64,000 nucleotides of DNA from Epiperipatus broadwayi (GCA_028023455.1 JAQFVV010000010.1:11160001-11224000); one strand, 5' to 3'; positions 12,601-26,569 are shown, numbered from the stretch's first letter. Notes: generated by a model not told the origin, from the letters alone. Made by a program: numbers and translations.

Positions 12601-14339
12601 GATATTGAATATTACTAATACATTCAAGTCTACTCTTCTTCCACATATTTCTCCACCAGATTTTGTAAGGGAAGTTACATTTATAGAATAAATATATTAT
12701 GCAAATTGCACTTTACCTTAATTCAAAATATAATTTGCTACTTGAATCAAGATCCCTCTTAGATTTTAAACTAAGAATAAAAATTAAAGAGTTATGGTAT
12801 AAAATGGAATTCTTATGATGCTCCAAACAAATCAATAAAACCATCTGGATTTGATCTTTCAAGAGGCAGTTAGAGTCTTAATAACAGATTGAAGATAAGG
12901 TGTTGCTCTCATTTGTTTTATTAATTGAATTTATCACCATTGAACCATATGCATGTAGGCTAATCCAAACTATAAATTCCATAATTAATAATTGCTAAAT
13001 CTGTGATTACAGAGGAGAATTGAAGGACTTAATAAAACCAGTGGTAATTCTAACTTCTAATTGGAATTTCTGCTATTTTTTTTATGATTTTTGGCTAATA
13101 ACTAAGTTGTCAAAAATACATATGCTAAATAAATACTATATTCCAGCAAATAGCATCTACTTTTATCTAACTAGAATATATCTGTATGTGTATATATTAC
13201 TATTATTGGGTGATGTGCTGAAGCTACTGGAAGATTTAACAAGTGGGGATGGAGGAATGGACTTCAGATATGAGGATTAGTTGTGAATAACAAATAAACA
13301 GAGCCTGATCAAGAATGCCCCCTGATGTCTTGTAGTGCAGGCTGTTGGTTTATCAAAAGCTAGATACTATTTCTGATATAATCTTTTCTCTCTCCATCTT
13401 TTTTTTTTTGATCACTTACATTAGTATAGGGACTAAATATCAAGAGCTTCTCATGCCATGGATCACTTTACTATACCAATAAGTCTGTATGTTTTGCAAT
13501 CATACTTCCATTCTTTAATTACACATGCAGAGTTTCTGACTCCATTTGCATTTTTCATTCATTTTTTTTTTTTTGTTAGTTTAAACCCTTAAGAATTAAT
13601 TAAGTCACAATGTGGACCGGCTTAGTAGGCTGACAATTCCTATTTGTGATTTTTTATTGAAACATTACAATCATTAATGGAGTCAAACCAAAGCTTGAAT
13701 TTGAGGTAGGAGTTTTAGTTGGATAAAGATTATATGTTTAGTCAGGTCTATTTAAAGATTTCTCTGCCTGTGTAAGGGACCTAGAAAATGTCTAAAAGTA
13801 ACTTATCTCACACAGTCTGATTAAGATTTTATGCCTCACCAGTTATTCGTTAAGACAATAAAAATAATAATATCAATATCAGTGGCAAGGCAAGTCACAG
13901 TGGTAATACTAAAGGTAAATATTTTAATTTTTTTTTCTAAATATAAGTGGATGGAGTGGGCAAACTTTACTTAAACATCTTCAAGACTTAGTCATAGAGC
14001 AGCACTAGTGGCTAAGGAGTTGTCAAGATTTTAATTTGATAAAGTTACTCTTAGTGGCTACAAATTTTTTTTTTGGAAGTGCTGAACAATTAATGAAAAG
14101 TTTAACTATAAAGATTAATTTAGTATCTTTCTATTCTTGAAATTGATCATGGTATCATTCCAATGTTAATGGTATTAAAACTTGACTTGCACACTGATAA
14201 CTGATAACAGTAATCAATTTTTAGTGCATGTGGCTCCAGCATTACATTAAGAACTGCAAGGTGTTTGGAAAAGCAGACCAATGACTGAAAGGAGGTTACA
14301 TGATGCTAGATCACTATAAAATCTAATGCCCTGTAGAGT

Positions 14340-14402
14340 TTAGCACAGTAGATAGAATGTCCAATTTGAGATCAGGAGTTCCAGGATCAATTCTGGCACT
14401 TA
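14340..14402 (+). mobile_element. Old tRNA-derived SINE head remnant
   Basis: agcacagtagatagaatg...gagatcaggagttccaggatcaattctggc resembles an A-box/B-box SINE head. Confidence 0.35.
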
Positions 14403-14789
14403 AAGCTTCTTATGAACTCTAATTTAGTATCTTGGATTTCACATTTGGTACCAAAGCTCATTTTATTAATGCATATTTGGTGCATAGCATTACCACAAGC
14501 AATGCTATTAAAAGATGAATTTTTCTACTTGGAGACTTTATTGCATATGTTGGTACAAATAGTAAACTTTGGCCAAATATGTTGGAAATATTGATATTAG
14601 TACCCTGTTATTGAATTGTTACACGACACATGGATTGACTATCATAAACATTTTCTAGACATAAAAAACCATTCTAAAGGAACGTGAATGCATCCACACC
14701 CAAAATATTGGCGTGTAAAAATTACATTATATTTAGGATATAGAATGCAAGGAAAATTTATATTATGCTTAGATAAGCAGATTGTTGAA

Positions 14790-16640
14790 AAGATCATAAA
14801 TTAGTATATTCCAAGATAAAAAATGATAATTGCATTAAGAAATAGATCTTATGCGAATCATATTCATAAGAAAATTGACATTTGTTCTTCAGAAATATTA
14901 TTATATCCTACTAAACTTCAGCAGCTATTAAAAAACCAAAATTGTTGATTGGGACTTTCAGAAATGCCATGTACTGAAGCATGAAATTGTTTTAAAGAGT
15001 GTGTCATGGATATAAGTAAATCTTGGATGAAATAAAAAAAAAGGAATTATGAGTGGTTTTCTGACAGCAATCTTAGTGAATTAATTAAAAAGAAACATGT
15101 GGCATATTCTGCAAGCCTTAATGATTTATTGATTAAAACTGCAAAGGAGTTTTGCTGATTATGTCCACTTTTTGGATGCATTGAAAGCAACATTTGAATC
15201 TGAAAAACAATATCAATATCATAGTTCTGTTGAATCTAGTAGGGGCTCTCTTTTATATGATAACAATGATATTTTGAACTGGTCGAAGAAATATTTTAAT
15301 CATTTTTTGAGTTGAGATGATGATTTTTATACATCTATTTTATTTACTCATTTAATTAGGATAAAGGTATCCAACTAGTCAAAACAGTTATTTGTAATCT
15401 TAAAAGTGGAAAGGCTCCAGATTCTAATGAGATAATTTTAAAATATGGCAATATATTAGTTTCAAAAATATTGGAATGTTTTAGGAGTACATAAATTCAC
15501 GAAGTTGCATTGCCTGATCTTAAGGATATTTCTGTTATTCCAATTTTTAAGAATAAAGAAATAATCAAAATAACATTGTATCATTCTTAATGACTGCTGC
15601 AAAATTTAAGGATTTTGTTTAATGGATTGCTTCCACTAATAAATGAATGTTTATCTGAGATTCAGTGGGATTTAAGAAAATCAAGAAACACTAGATATGA
15701 TTTTGTTACCAGGAAAATATAAGAAAAATGGTGGGAACTAAAGAATTATTTATATACTGCTTTTATTGATTTGGTCAAGATATTTGATTCAGTTAATAGA
15801 ACAATTCTATGGCATTGTTTTAAATTAGTTGGTCCCCTTCCCCCCATCTCAATGATTATTTGTATTATACAGCTTCTGTTTGATGGAATGAATAGAAGTG
15901 ATATTAGTACAAATGTAAAATTCTAAACATTGACAAGAAAACTAGTGTTAAACAAGAATGTTCATTTGCAAGATTGTTTTTTGAATATTATGGCAGTACT
16001 CTTGGGAACTGTTTGAAGTCAGCTTACAAATCCAGGATAAAGATTTGATGATGAATTTCAATTTGAATTAATTAAAAATGAAAATAAGAATTTCATCCTT
16101 TTGGATTCTGGATTTACAATATTCCAATGATTGTGCTATTTTAACCCACTTCAAAAAATAGTCTACAAAATGTACGTAATATTTTGAATGCAATATATAC
16201 AGATTTTGGTTTAATAATTAATCTTCCCAAGTCAAGTTTTTTATCAGCCAGTGATGAAAGAAATATTGTCAGCAACTTTTAGCTTCGATAGTCAGCAATT
16301 TGAGAATGTAAGCCAATTTAAATATCTTGGTAGCTTTTGAAGTAAAACAAGATGAAAATTAGATATTGAGGAGCAGCACAAGTGCCAATGTGTTACCGTT
16401 TTTAACATTTTAAAAGAAAGGGTGTTTCATCACAGTAAAGAACTACTACAATTAAATTATTTGTATAAAGAACTGTTATTTTACCTAATTTATTGCATGG
16501 AAGTGAGACTTGGGGAATAATGGCATTAAGAAAGTTTCATTTAAAATTGTTTCATAAAATGTTAAAAATACAATGGAAAGATCGTAAGACTAATCAATGT
16601 ATTTTTTAATTCGCTAGGTAGGATAATATAGAGTCCATTA
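14790..16640 (+). mobile_element. Degenerate RTE-clade (BovB-like) LINE RT remnant
   Basis: Remnants: KSGKAPDSN, EIQW.FKKSRN (QxGFRxxR-like), LYTAFIDLVKIFDSVNR, QYSNDCAILTH (YADD-like, about 16120), FKYLGS, LHGSETW. Confidence 0.8.
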
Positions 16641-16649
16641 GTGTAAAAT

Positions 16650-17480
16650 TATACTTTTAGTTAGAACGTAATAAAATGAGCTTGCTAATAGCTCTACTCA
16701 GCTTCTCTAACTAATGCTGTAAGAGAAAGCATTTAAATGATCTCTATCTAGAAACTCCCACATCTCCAAACTAGTTTCAAGCTATTGTCTCTCTTCAGTG
16801 AGGTGCTGGAAGCTTCAGACACTAGATCTAAAATATACCAATTCAAAGCCAGCATTTATCTAATATTTAACTATTAAGTAGAAAATCCGAAATTTTCAGA
16901 CATCTACATGTCTTCAAATCCAGCTATCTAACTTAAATAGCTATATGGGCCTGAGCAAACATCAGCTAACTCCTATATTAACAGCCATAGCAATATAGCA
17001 TTACCATAGTCTCAAAAGAAAAACTGTTATAGTAAAAAATCAAGTCATACATCATGTGACTCAGTTCTTCAAACTTGTATTACAAATGTAATAAAACAAG
17101 CTAGCTAATAACAATTCCAAACATTTTTTTATAAAAACGGGGAAAGCGTTTAAATGATCTCTGTCTAGAAACTCCCACATCTCTAAACTAGTTTCAAGCT
17201 ACTGGCTCTTCTCGGTGAGGCACTGAAAGCTTCAGACAGTAGATCTAAAATACTAACTTAGAAACAGCATTTATCTAATATAAATTAGTTTGAGATGTGG
17301 GAGTTTCTAGATAGAGATCGTTTAAATTCTTTCTCTTATGGAATTATTTAGAAAAGCTTGTGAAGAGCTATTAGCAAGCTCGTTTTATTATGTTTGTAAC
17401 ACAAACTTGGAGAATTGAGTCACGTGATGCATGACTTGGATTTTTTCACTATTACTTTTAGTTAGACTGGAAACATGAAA
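16650..17480. mobile_element. HHR-bearing repeat family H417: tandem minus-strand monomers (HHRs at 16764-16803 and 17181-17220) plus an inverted partial copy from about 17286
   Basis: Minus strand cctca-CTGAAGA-gagacaatagctt-GAAAC-ta-GTT-tggag and cctca-ccgagaa-gagccagtagctt-GAAAC-ta-GTT-tagag; aaactagtttc at 16768 and 17185 (417 bp apart). Confidence 0.8.
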
Positions 17481-17761
17481 TAAATGAACAATATGGGACT
17501 TCCTGGTGTTTTATGGTAAACTTGAGCATGATTTTTATGGAAGAGGTAGACCTCTTTATCTTATTATCTTAAAAGATATTCTAAAGAAGTGCAATGTTGA
17601 TTGTTTTTATTGGGATATAGTAGAGAATAAAATATATTGGAAAGCTACTATTAGATATATTATTGAAATATTTCAAAAAGAAAAGTTTTCTATAGGAAAA
17701 GTTAAAAAGACAGCATAAACAGAAAAATGAACTAGTATGTATTATATTTAAATGTACTCAC

Positions 17762-17887
17762 AGAGCCAACACAAAACTCATTTTTTTCTTTTTTCTCTCT
17801 TGGAGTTAGAATAGCCGTACTGGTTTGCGAGTTGTTGCTGCTGTTGGTGGAATTATCTTTCACATTTTCAAGTAAAGCATTCATAAA
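17762..17887 (-). CDS. Candidate 126-nt phase 0/0 exon (FMNALLENVKDNSTNSSNNSQTSTAILTPREKKEKNEFCVGS), unknown gene
   Basis: CAG acceptor, GTGAGT donor at 17761, one open frame, higher GC than flanks; the polypyrimidine tract is weak. Confidence 0.35.
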
Positions 17888-18319
17888 CTGTTTTACATAA
17901 TAAGATTTTGATTGATATCAGTTAATAATATGAGATCATGACAGCTGAAAAAGAATTTTCCAGAACTGAAAATCTTCTTCTCTTGAATGTTTTCATTACT
18001 TTTCTGTGATGAAAAATATTTTAAGAAGTGCAAAATTCACTCAAGACCATATGTGATTTAAGAACTGCTTTTAAAATATCTTTTTAAAAATTATTTCTGC
18101 AAAATTGTAAATAGCTGAAATTGAAAATTTGTCTCTGATATACATATGTGGGTGTGAAGATTTTAATAAATTTTATTAACATTCAATCGATTTTATTAAA
18201 ATTTGAAAATGAAAAATAAAGTAAATAAGCTAAATTTGATATTTCATCTATAAAATTATTTCTTTGTAATAAATATAATGCAGAACAATATTTATAACAA
18301 TACTTAATAATTTTCAAAC

Positions 18320-18830
18320 TATTAATGAACAGGAAGTTTTTCGCTGTTAATTCGTTATACATTGAAGTTTGGTGTAACTATAACTTAAACAGTGAACAAA
18401 CATTACACCAATTTTTTTCAGTAAATCATGATTTTTTTTGGCAACAAATGGATATATATATAATGAAAACTTTGAACAACAGACATCTTTCTTATCTAAG
18501 ATTTAGTTTTCAATTTAGTTTGCTTCTATTTTTTTTCTATCTCTAGAAATGAAAATATTTATTTTATTTAAAGTAACTTAGATTTGTATATGTGAAGCAT
18601 AAAAGCAGGACGCTGATTAATGTTCCTATAAAAAGGAAGTAATTTTGAAGCAAAACTGTGTAAGAATAACAGAAATATAAGTTCTAAATATGGAATCGTT
18701 CAATTCCTAATAGTGAAAACATTGTAGATATTTTTCAAACTATTCTCGTAAGTGTATATACTACTAATAATTTTGATCATGAGTTATTAACGCAGATTTT
18801 GAAAACAGAATAGTGTTGACGTCAAAAAAA
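18320..18830. promoter_or_regulatory. CpG-retaining patch, possible promoter
   Basis: Several CpGs in an otherwise CpG-depleted background; CAGGAAGT (ETS-like) at 18330-18337; perfect TGACGTCA (CRE) at 18817-18824. Confidence 0.3.
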
Positions 18831-19598
18831 AATAATTCAGAGTGAAATTACAATAACAGTAATAGAAATCTAAATGCTAAACATAGACTCATTAAATCAA
18901 TGAATAACATTGTCATGAATATTAGATGTTTCCACGAAAATTCCTGAAAGATATAGCAATCATGTGTATAGGGACTTCTGGGAACATTTTAGCTTTGAGT
19001 AAAGAATTAAATATCTTTATGATGTTTTGTGATTCTACTTATATTTACTTATCCCCTGCAATTTGTTCATCTTTATTAGATTTATTTTATTTTATTGGCA
19101 TACAAATATTATTTTTAATTATGAACCAGAAAAATAGAGGAGAAAAACATTAATATTGAAATGAAAAAAAAAAAAAATTTCTAAAAGTGAAAATTGTTAC
19201 TGATTTGAGTTTTAAATAAATCATTGATTTACTCCCATTTAAAAAATAATGAATTCAAAAGTGCACAGGTAGTTAAAGGGATTTTTTAGATGAGTTTAAA
19301 TGGGAACATTTGCTAAAATGGATTAATCAAAAGCAGTAACTTCAATGAGACCATCATTAGTCAAGCAGAATTTTTTGCTAAGTTTTCTGGTATAAGTTCT
19401 CTTCCCTGCAAAAGGGTTTATTACCAAAAAATTATAGTTCACCATATTTAAGAAAAGAACTGGATTAGAAAATATTATAAGGCATGTCGACTGATAGCCG
19501 CTCATCTCATAAGATCTATTTTCCCTAATCATTGATCTATGAATTTTTATTAGGATATTTAAATTTGTTTACATTTTAACTTTATGCTTTTAAATTTT

Positions 19599-19707
19599 GT
19601 CAAGCATTGGTGGTCGAGAGGTCAGCGACAGCTGCTTTACAAATGGTTGTCCCGGGTTGGCGGGCTCGCTTCCCGGCTGATGCTATGATCATGAGAAGAA
19701 AAAAAAA
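19599..19707 (+). mobile_element. tRNA-derived short SINE, subfamily B
   Basis: gtcaagcattggtggtcgagaggtcagcg...cccggctgatgctatgatcatgagaag(A)n. Confidence 0.85.
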
Positions 19708-21276
19708 GATGAATTTTAGTGTTCATTAAAATCTAACTCTACAGTATATACAGCATTTAATTCCATATATCATTTTAGGACTTATTTTTAATTTTTCCTG
19801 CTTAAATGGTTGAAAATGAACTTCTGGAACCAATTAATTTATTGTTTCAGACCTGATGGTATTAAAAAAAAATTGTCAAAAGAAAATAAATCTAGACTGA
19901 TATACATCAAAATAATAAAAACTATGTAGTATCAAAATAATATCTCACATGTAATTTTTACAGAATTTTATTTTTTTATATATTTACAAATAAAAATAAC
20001 AGTATTTTAAAAATATTATATATTATTTCATTATGGAAATGATTTATGAATGCATAATGTGTACTCAAAAATACCTGTTGCTATGTAAAAATTTATTGCT
20101 ACCCACAATCAAGTTTTCAATAACTAGTTAAGCTGAAGTAAACATGTGATTACACTTTATTTGAATGTATAGCAAATACATTTTTACTTGGCACATTGCC
20201 TTTAAATAAAATTCAACATTTATTTTTTTTGACATTGCTAAACTAGAACTAACTTTAAAATAAATGTCTGGATATGAATGAATTTTTTTTTTTTTTTTTT
20301 ACTCAAAACATTAAACGAAGCAAAAAAGAGAAAAGGCAGAATTTTGAGCTTTCTATTGTAAGTATTGCTTGACTTTTTTATTGTGTTGTGTGTTTACCAT
20401 GACCTGCATCAACTATGAAGATCTTTCTTGAATATGCTTATCAAGTATCTTGTCACTGTGTTTCTATTGGTTAATCTTTTCTAAGAATTGAGAACTTAAG
20501 ACCATATTTTTAAAATCTAGTCTTTTCTAAGATACTTTATTATCTAAAACTAACTGATCATAGCCTGTAATATATTTTTTGAAAATTCGAAATAAATGAG
20601 GTTTGGTAAGGAAGTTGAAAAAAATAAACTACTTTTGGGCATATATGTCCAAGATTAAAATATGATTTTATATTTTGGAAGAATTATAATTGCAACTTTA
20701 TTTCTGAGTATTTCAATATTAGTTAATTTATACTTCTTTTATGTTTCTAATTTTGTATTGTAGCTACTAACAGTGTCTCAGTGTAATCACTCATTATTTG
20801 ATATCTTCTGTTCTTCTTACCTTCTGTAGATTCTTCTAGCATATCCTTTATAATTTCTCTGCATCTAAATATATATAAATACCTGATGCTTTTATCTTTA
20901 TGGTACATTAGATGTGACAATATGTTAGATTATTTCCATCATCTATCATTAAATGTTGAATGCCTAGAAAATTTTAAACTTTTCCAAATACAAACAACTA
21001 TTAGTAATAACACACAAAAACAACACAAATTAGTAGGTTACCCAACATTTTGAGTGGTATTATTCTCCACTCTTCTTAGATGTTGCTGGCCTGAGCAGTG
21101 ACAATGCTACCATAGGAGTCGTACTTACACCTTTAGACTTTTGAATATTGAATTTTAAGGGAATGATCTAACCAATTGATTAGTGTTGTCTTTGTTTGTT
21201 ATTACTAATAACTATATTTGGCAAAGTTTAAAAAAAGTTTAAAATTTTCTAGACATTCAACATTTAATGTTAGATA

Positions 21277-21631
21277 ATGGAAAGAAGTATGGAGAGATGC
21301 ATCTTGGGAGTAACACGAAGAGATCGAAAACGCAATATATGGGTAAGAGAACAAACAGATGTTACTGACCTCATTGAAAAAATTAAAAGACTGAAATGGA
21401 GTTGGGCTGGACATATTGCTAGAAGAGATGATAATAGATGGACAATTCAAATCTTAAACTGGATTCCAAGAGATTGTAAAAGACCCAGAAAAAGACCACA
21501 TGTGAGATGGATGGATGAAATAAGAAAGTGTGCAGGGGTGGTGTAGAGAAGAGAAGCTAAAGATCGGAGAAGATGAATTGAACTTGGAGAGACCTTTATC
21601 CTGCAGTGGATTGATAATGGTTGATGATGAT
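21277..21631 (+). mobile_element. 5'-truncated RTE LINE 3' end, same family as 60215-63147
   Basis: ORF MERSMERCILGVTRRDRKRNIWVREQTDVTDLIEKIKRLKWSWAGHIARR...; ends gcagtggattgataatggttgatgatgatg like the element at 60.2 kb. Confidence 0.9.
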
Positions 21632-21849
21632 GGAAATAGTCCAACATATTATCACATGTGCTTTTATCGTTAGCTTAAGTTAACTGTTATTTGAAAAATT
21701 AATTTTAAAATATGAATAACATCTATCAGACATAATGCAAAACTACGAATAATGCAGCCAATACTATACTAAGAACAGTTATTTACATAACAATTCCCTC
21801 CCTCTTCTAAGAAATTTACCTGTAAATTTTCTGCTGAGATAAGGCAATG

Positions 21850-23000
21850 CTTACAGAAAGGAAAAAATATGAATTGATACCAATATAATCATTAATTATC
21901 TAGTCTTCTATAAAGCGTTACAGAAAAGAATTAATAATGATCTAAGGAAATATAACTGAGTCAGCCATGGAAAGCTATTTCAGCACTAAGAAGAAAATAT
22001 GGCCCTATTATTAAAAGCACACATCATTGATTATGTAAAAGAATTCTATAAAGGATTATAAAGTAATAAACAGTTATGACATCATATAATTATTACACTG
22101 TCATTTGAAATACTAGACATTTTAAATTGAGAGAATATATATGCATTGAAATTAGAAAAAATGAAGAACCCCAGGAAATGATGCAATCATCATAAATATT
22201 TTAAAAGAATCCAATGAAGAAAAAAGGTTATTATTAATTGATTGGAAGAATTCAGTAGTGATATCAAGAAAGATGATAAAGAAGATATTAAAATGTGCAG
22301 ATACATTAGTCTCCTATGAATCCTGTATAAGTAAATCATTACAAATTGCACACTAAAGATTTTGGCTTTAAGTAGCTAAAAAACAAACTGGATTTAAAAA
22401 TAGTTACAACACAAAGATCATTTCCAAATACTTAAAGAAATTTTATAAGAAAAGAATAATGAATATGAGTTGCTATTTTACATTGGATTTGTAGATTATG
22501 AAAAAATATTTGATTCTATAAACTTTCTGTTGTGATTAAAATTTGCAACATTATGACATAGGCAAAACTCTCCATACAGTAGTGCCACCCTGTGCCAAAC
22601 AAAGTAATCAATGGATGCAGAAGGCTTGTGCATAAAATCCCTATCTAGTGCCTACTCATCCAATATCCCCAGACTAGTTTCTGGCTTGTGGCCATCATCA
22701 ACAATTATGTGCTAGTATAGAGAAGGTGATTATGACATAGACTCACAAAATCACTAAATTCTGAAAAATATTTATAATAATGCAACAGCAATCATTAGCA
22801 ACAAGCTAATTCAATCTCACAATATGTTGTGGAATAAAATGGGGAGCAAAGAGAAAATAAATAAATGGAGATGATTTAAGTATTTTATATTTTTCGCATA
22901 ATATGAAGTGATTGTTTTCACAAATCATGCCTGAAAACTGTAAGAAATACTACATGAGCTATCAGATGTAAGCAAAAGAGTATAAAATAAAGATTTGTAG
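21850..23000 (+). mobile_element. Older, heavily decayed RTE RT fragment
   Basis: PGNDAIIINILKESNEE and GFVDYEKIFDSI remnants, homologous to KAPGNDGIIIDILKEAGEE in the 61.6 kb copy. Confidence 0.7.
22562..22728 (-). mobile_element. H200 copy inserted in the old RTE, with a 12-bp direct repeat flank
   Basis: attatgacatag at 22550-22561 and 22729-22740; minus strand tTGATGA-tggccacaagcca-GAAActaGTC-tgggg. Confidence 0.8.
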
Positions 23001-23349
23001 TTGTGAATTCAAAGTTAACAATTATAACTATTTTAATCTTATTTATTTAGTACATAAATTATTTTTATAGACAATTAACTATTATAAAGATATCTATAAT
23101 GGTTCCAACCAGGAATTAGATTTATTTATGACTTTTACAGTTCTTCAAGTCAGAGGTTGTTAAATATATTTTACTTATTGATAAAATTCAATAACATCTA
23201 GGAAAATTAAACTTAGCTTGCTTTATTGTTGGCTCTGGAAAAAATAAATTTATTTAGCGCTTCACAAGAAATCTATTTTTGTATTGCAATTTTTTAATTA
23301 TTCGAAGTTTCTTAACTAGAATTTCAGAAAAGAGATCTGAATTTGAAAG

Positions 23350-24180
23350 ATGCATAATATGCCTTTATTATAGGGTACTGATGAGTTTGATTGATTTAAT
23401 AGATTTGTGTATAAGTTCTGTAAGGCAGTTTGCTTTCAAATATCTTATGGAAGAATATGTAAATGAATAGGTAGACACTATAAGGAAATGGATTTGATTG
23501 TATTAGAAATATTTCTCATAGTAATATTTAATTTGTATATGTTTGTTATGGCATTTTTTAATCTAAAAAGGAGAAAAATGGAAGATGCTAAGGAAATTGT
23601 TCTTAGATATTTGCATTATAATACCATATAGTGTCATCAATGCAGCTTTTACAAAATAGTTATTGTTTTAGAAATTATTTTAGATCTTGGCTTTAATAGA
23701 TGAAAAAAATGAATAAGATTATGATCCAAAGTTTTTCCTAAATAGCACGAAGTGTGATAATATTTTCAGTTTACAAAATATATTTGTATTATTTAGAATT
23801 GAAGATTGAACAAGATGTCTTTGTGGGATATAAAGATTAGACTCTAGTTTATGAGATTTATTTTCAGTTTTTATATATTTATATAAAATATTTTTCAATT
23901 TTTTTGTAAGCTCGTAGCAATGTTACTAAAGTAGAATTTTTTGTATCGTTTATGTGGAGTATTATTAATAGATATATTTAATTAAGTAAAACATGAAAGA
24001 GCTATCTTGAGGGAGATCATTTATTAAATTTTTTTTATTTTATTAGCATCATTAGGAGTTTTTGCAGAGTCTTTTGTTAAGTAAATTCAAAGCTTTCCTA
24101 TGTTTAAGAATTTGCAAGACGGAATGGAGAACATTTTTTCAAATAGTATCTTAAGCTAAAGTTAGATCAAAAACCTTTTT
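23350..24180 (-). mobile_element. Second Vingi/Ingi-like RT remnant
   Basis: Minus-strand remnants resembling FDLTLA.DTIW, NDLPQDS and YKKFYFSNIA (KFIYADD-like). Confidence 0.5.
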
Positions 24181-26569
24181 CCAACTTGTTCAGAGCATGT
24201 TGGGTGCAATTTGTAATAGTATGGAAATAAGAGGTGACATGGGGAAGTGAGAAAACATCATCATCTATAAATATCACAAATATAAAATGAATAAATATAA
24301 AATATTAATGAGATCAGCAAAGAATAAAATTAAAAGGAGTGTACTAACAATACTTATAATATCACCATAATCAGTAATCAATAGCCATGCTTATCTAGCC
24401 ATTGCCAAACTTAGGCAAGATATACAGTTGTCATTTGGATGCACATACTTAGGTGCTAAAATATCCATCAGAATATAAAAACACTGGGATGCTGAATCAT
24501 AATCACCATCAAAGCTCTGACCATATAATACTATGAGTGTATCAGCCAATTATAAACTAAATTTTTAATAAAACAAAATACAGTGAATGGACTTTAAAGA
24601 TGATATCTTTGCACCATACAGAATTATCATCTGGATGTCCAAACAAAAACATAAACCTCTACATCCGTAAAACTAATGATTATGCTGTAGAGCTAGCTCA
24701 AGATCGTAAGATTCTATGAATTGTCATTGAACAGGAAATAAATCAATATATCAGCTTGTTCTACTTTCTTTTTTATAATTCTTTTTTAATAATACTAAGC
24801 TTCACTTTTTTGCATAAAGCGCAATTTAAAACTTTCTTTTAAATTTATTCTACTATAATTAAATAGCATAATTGGTATAATTTTAAAATCACTAAAACAC
24901 TAAATTGTAATGAAATTAGTCACACATACTACCAATTCCTGTAACAAATAGCTGGAAGAATAAAGACATTAACACCAAGATATATTTTAAATAACTTATT
25001 TAATAAATTAATTGATTAAAAAATATAATATTAAAATAAATGATATGATAATATGTTAATTCAAACTTATACATTTTATCAAATAATATATATAATTTCA
25101 TTTTGGTAAAGTGATTCAATTTGATTTTCATTCATTAATTTAATTAACTATTAATTCATTAAATTATTTCCTGTTAAATTGTTAAAAATTGGAAAACAGC
25201 TCTTTCATAATCAGAGATACAAATCTTTAAGTCAGCTAAAAAAGTTCTTTTGTTAAATTTTGTAGGGAAAATCAAATAAAAAGAAAAACATATCTCACAA
25301 AAAAATCTTAAATATAATAAAAATTAAATGATCTAAAAACCATTTTTATAATTTTAATAGGAAAAATCAAATGAATTAAAAAACATGTGTCAATTCATAA
25401 AACTAATAAAATTATTAATATTAATTGCTACTGAATTTAAAAACTTTATAAATTTAAATGTAATGTGCACATTAAAGAAAATACCCTTAATCATGCTTTT
25501 ATTTTTTTGAATCCTTTTTCAATATTTTTCCATATGGTTTCTCTTCTTGAATGCTTCTCAATTTTTTCCATTTGTGCAGAATATTTTCAGGTTTGACAGG
25601 CTAAACTTCCATTTTGCAATCTTATAATTTGCCAGTATATATATATATATAAAGATAGAGACACTCATGCTCTTGGTTGGAGATAAGGTTTGTGGCAAAT
25701 GAGTCTAGGGTATGTTCTCTTTATATTGTTTTTGTATGAAGCAGGTTACATGGAGGTTGATGACATTTAGCTCCTAGCAAAGGCATAGCATGTTCTTTAA
25801 ATCCATTTTAGAAAAGATTTTTCTAAACTAGTGTTGTGCTCTTCATGTATGAATTTTTACTTCTTTCTTCAACAACTGAGTCAGGAATGACATGCTCTAC
25901 TCAGCAGTTTGTTTGAGTCTCATACTGTTCTTTTTAACAGTTTGTTTATGACTGACTTCTGCTTACAAAAATTGAGGTCTAATGAATTACCCACATGTCT
26001 ATTTTAGAACAAACCTGTCTCCCATCAAGCACAATCATGTTTCCTACATGACACAATTGTGTATTTTTACAAAAAAATATTCTTTAGATACTTCAATTTT
26101 TTTATTAATTAAAAAAAAATCCAATTATAGTTTTGAAATTCCTCTTTAATTAGTTTTTTTTTTACAAAAGAAAAACAAGATAATCAGACTAATTACACCG
26201 ACCTGATAAACACTGCCTATTATATTGAAGAGAGATAAAATGAAAAGAAGAAAAAACAACTCTAATTATTTAAGCAAAATGTAACAAAAATTTTGCATTT
26301 TTATTTATTTTTTTCTCTTTTCTTTTAAAACTTTATTTATTTCTCTCTCTTAAAAATTAGAATTAAAATTTATGAAGTACAGTAATTCGCTGAAGAGAAA
26401 AATTAAAACTAAAACTAGTAAATAGATAAAATTATTGAAGAGAGAGATCAAAGAAATTATCTGATTTTATATTTTTCTCTCTCTTTTACAAACACAAATT
26501 ATAATGCAATTTCAAATATTCACATTATGTTTAAAATAATGTTTGAAAATTCTCATATTATCATGTAAT

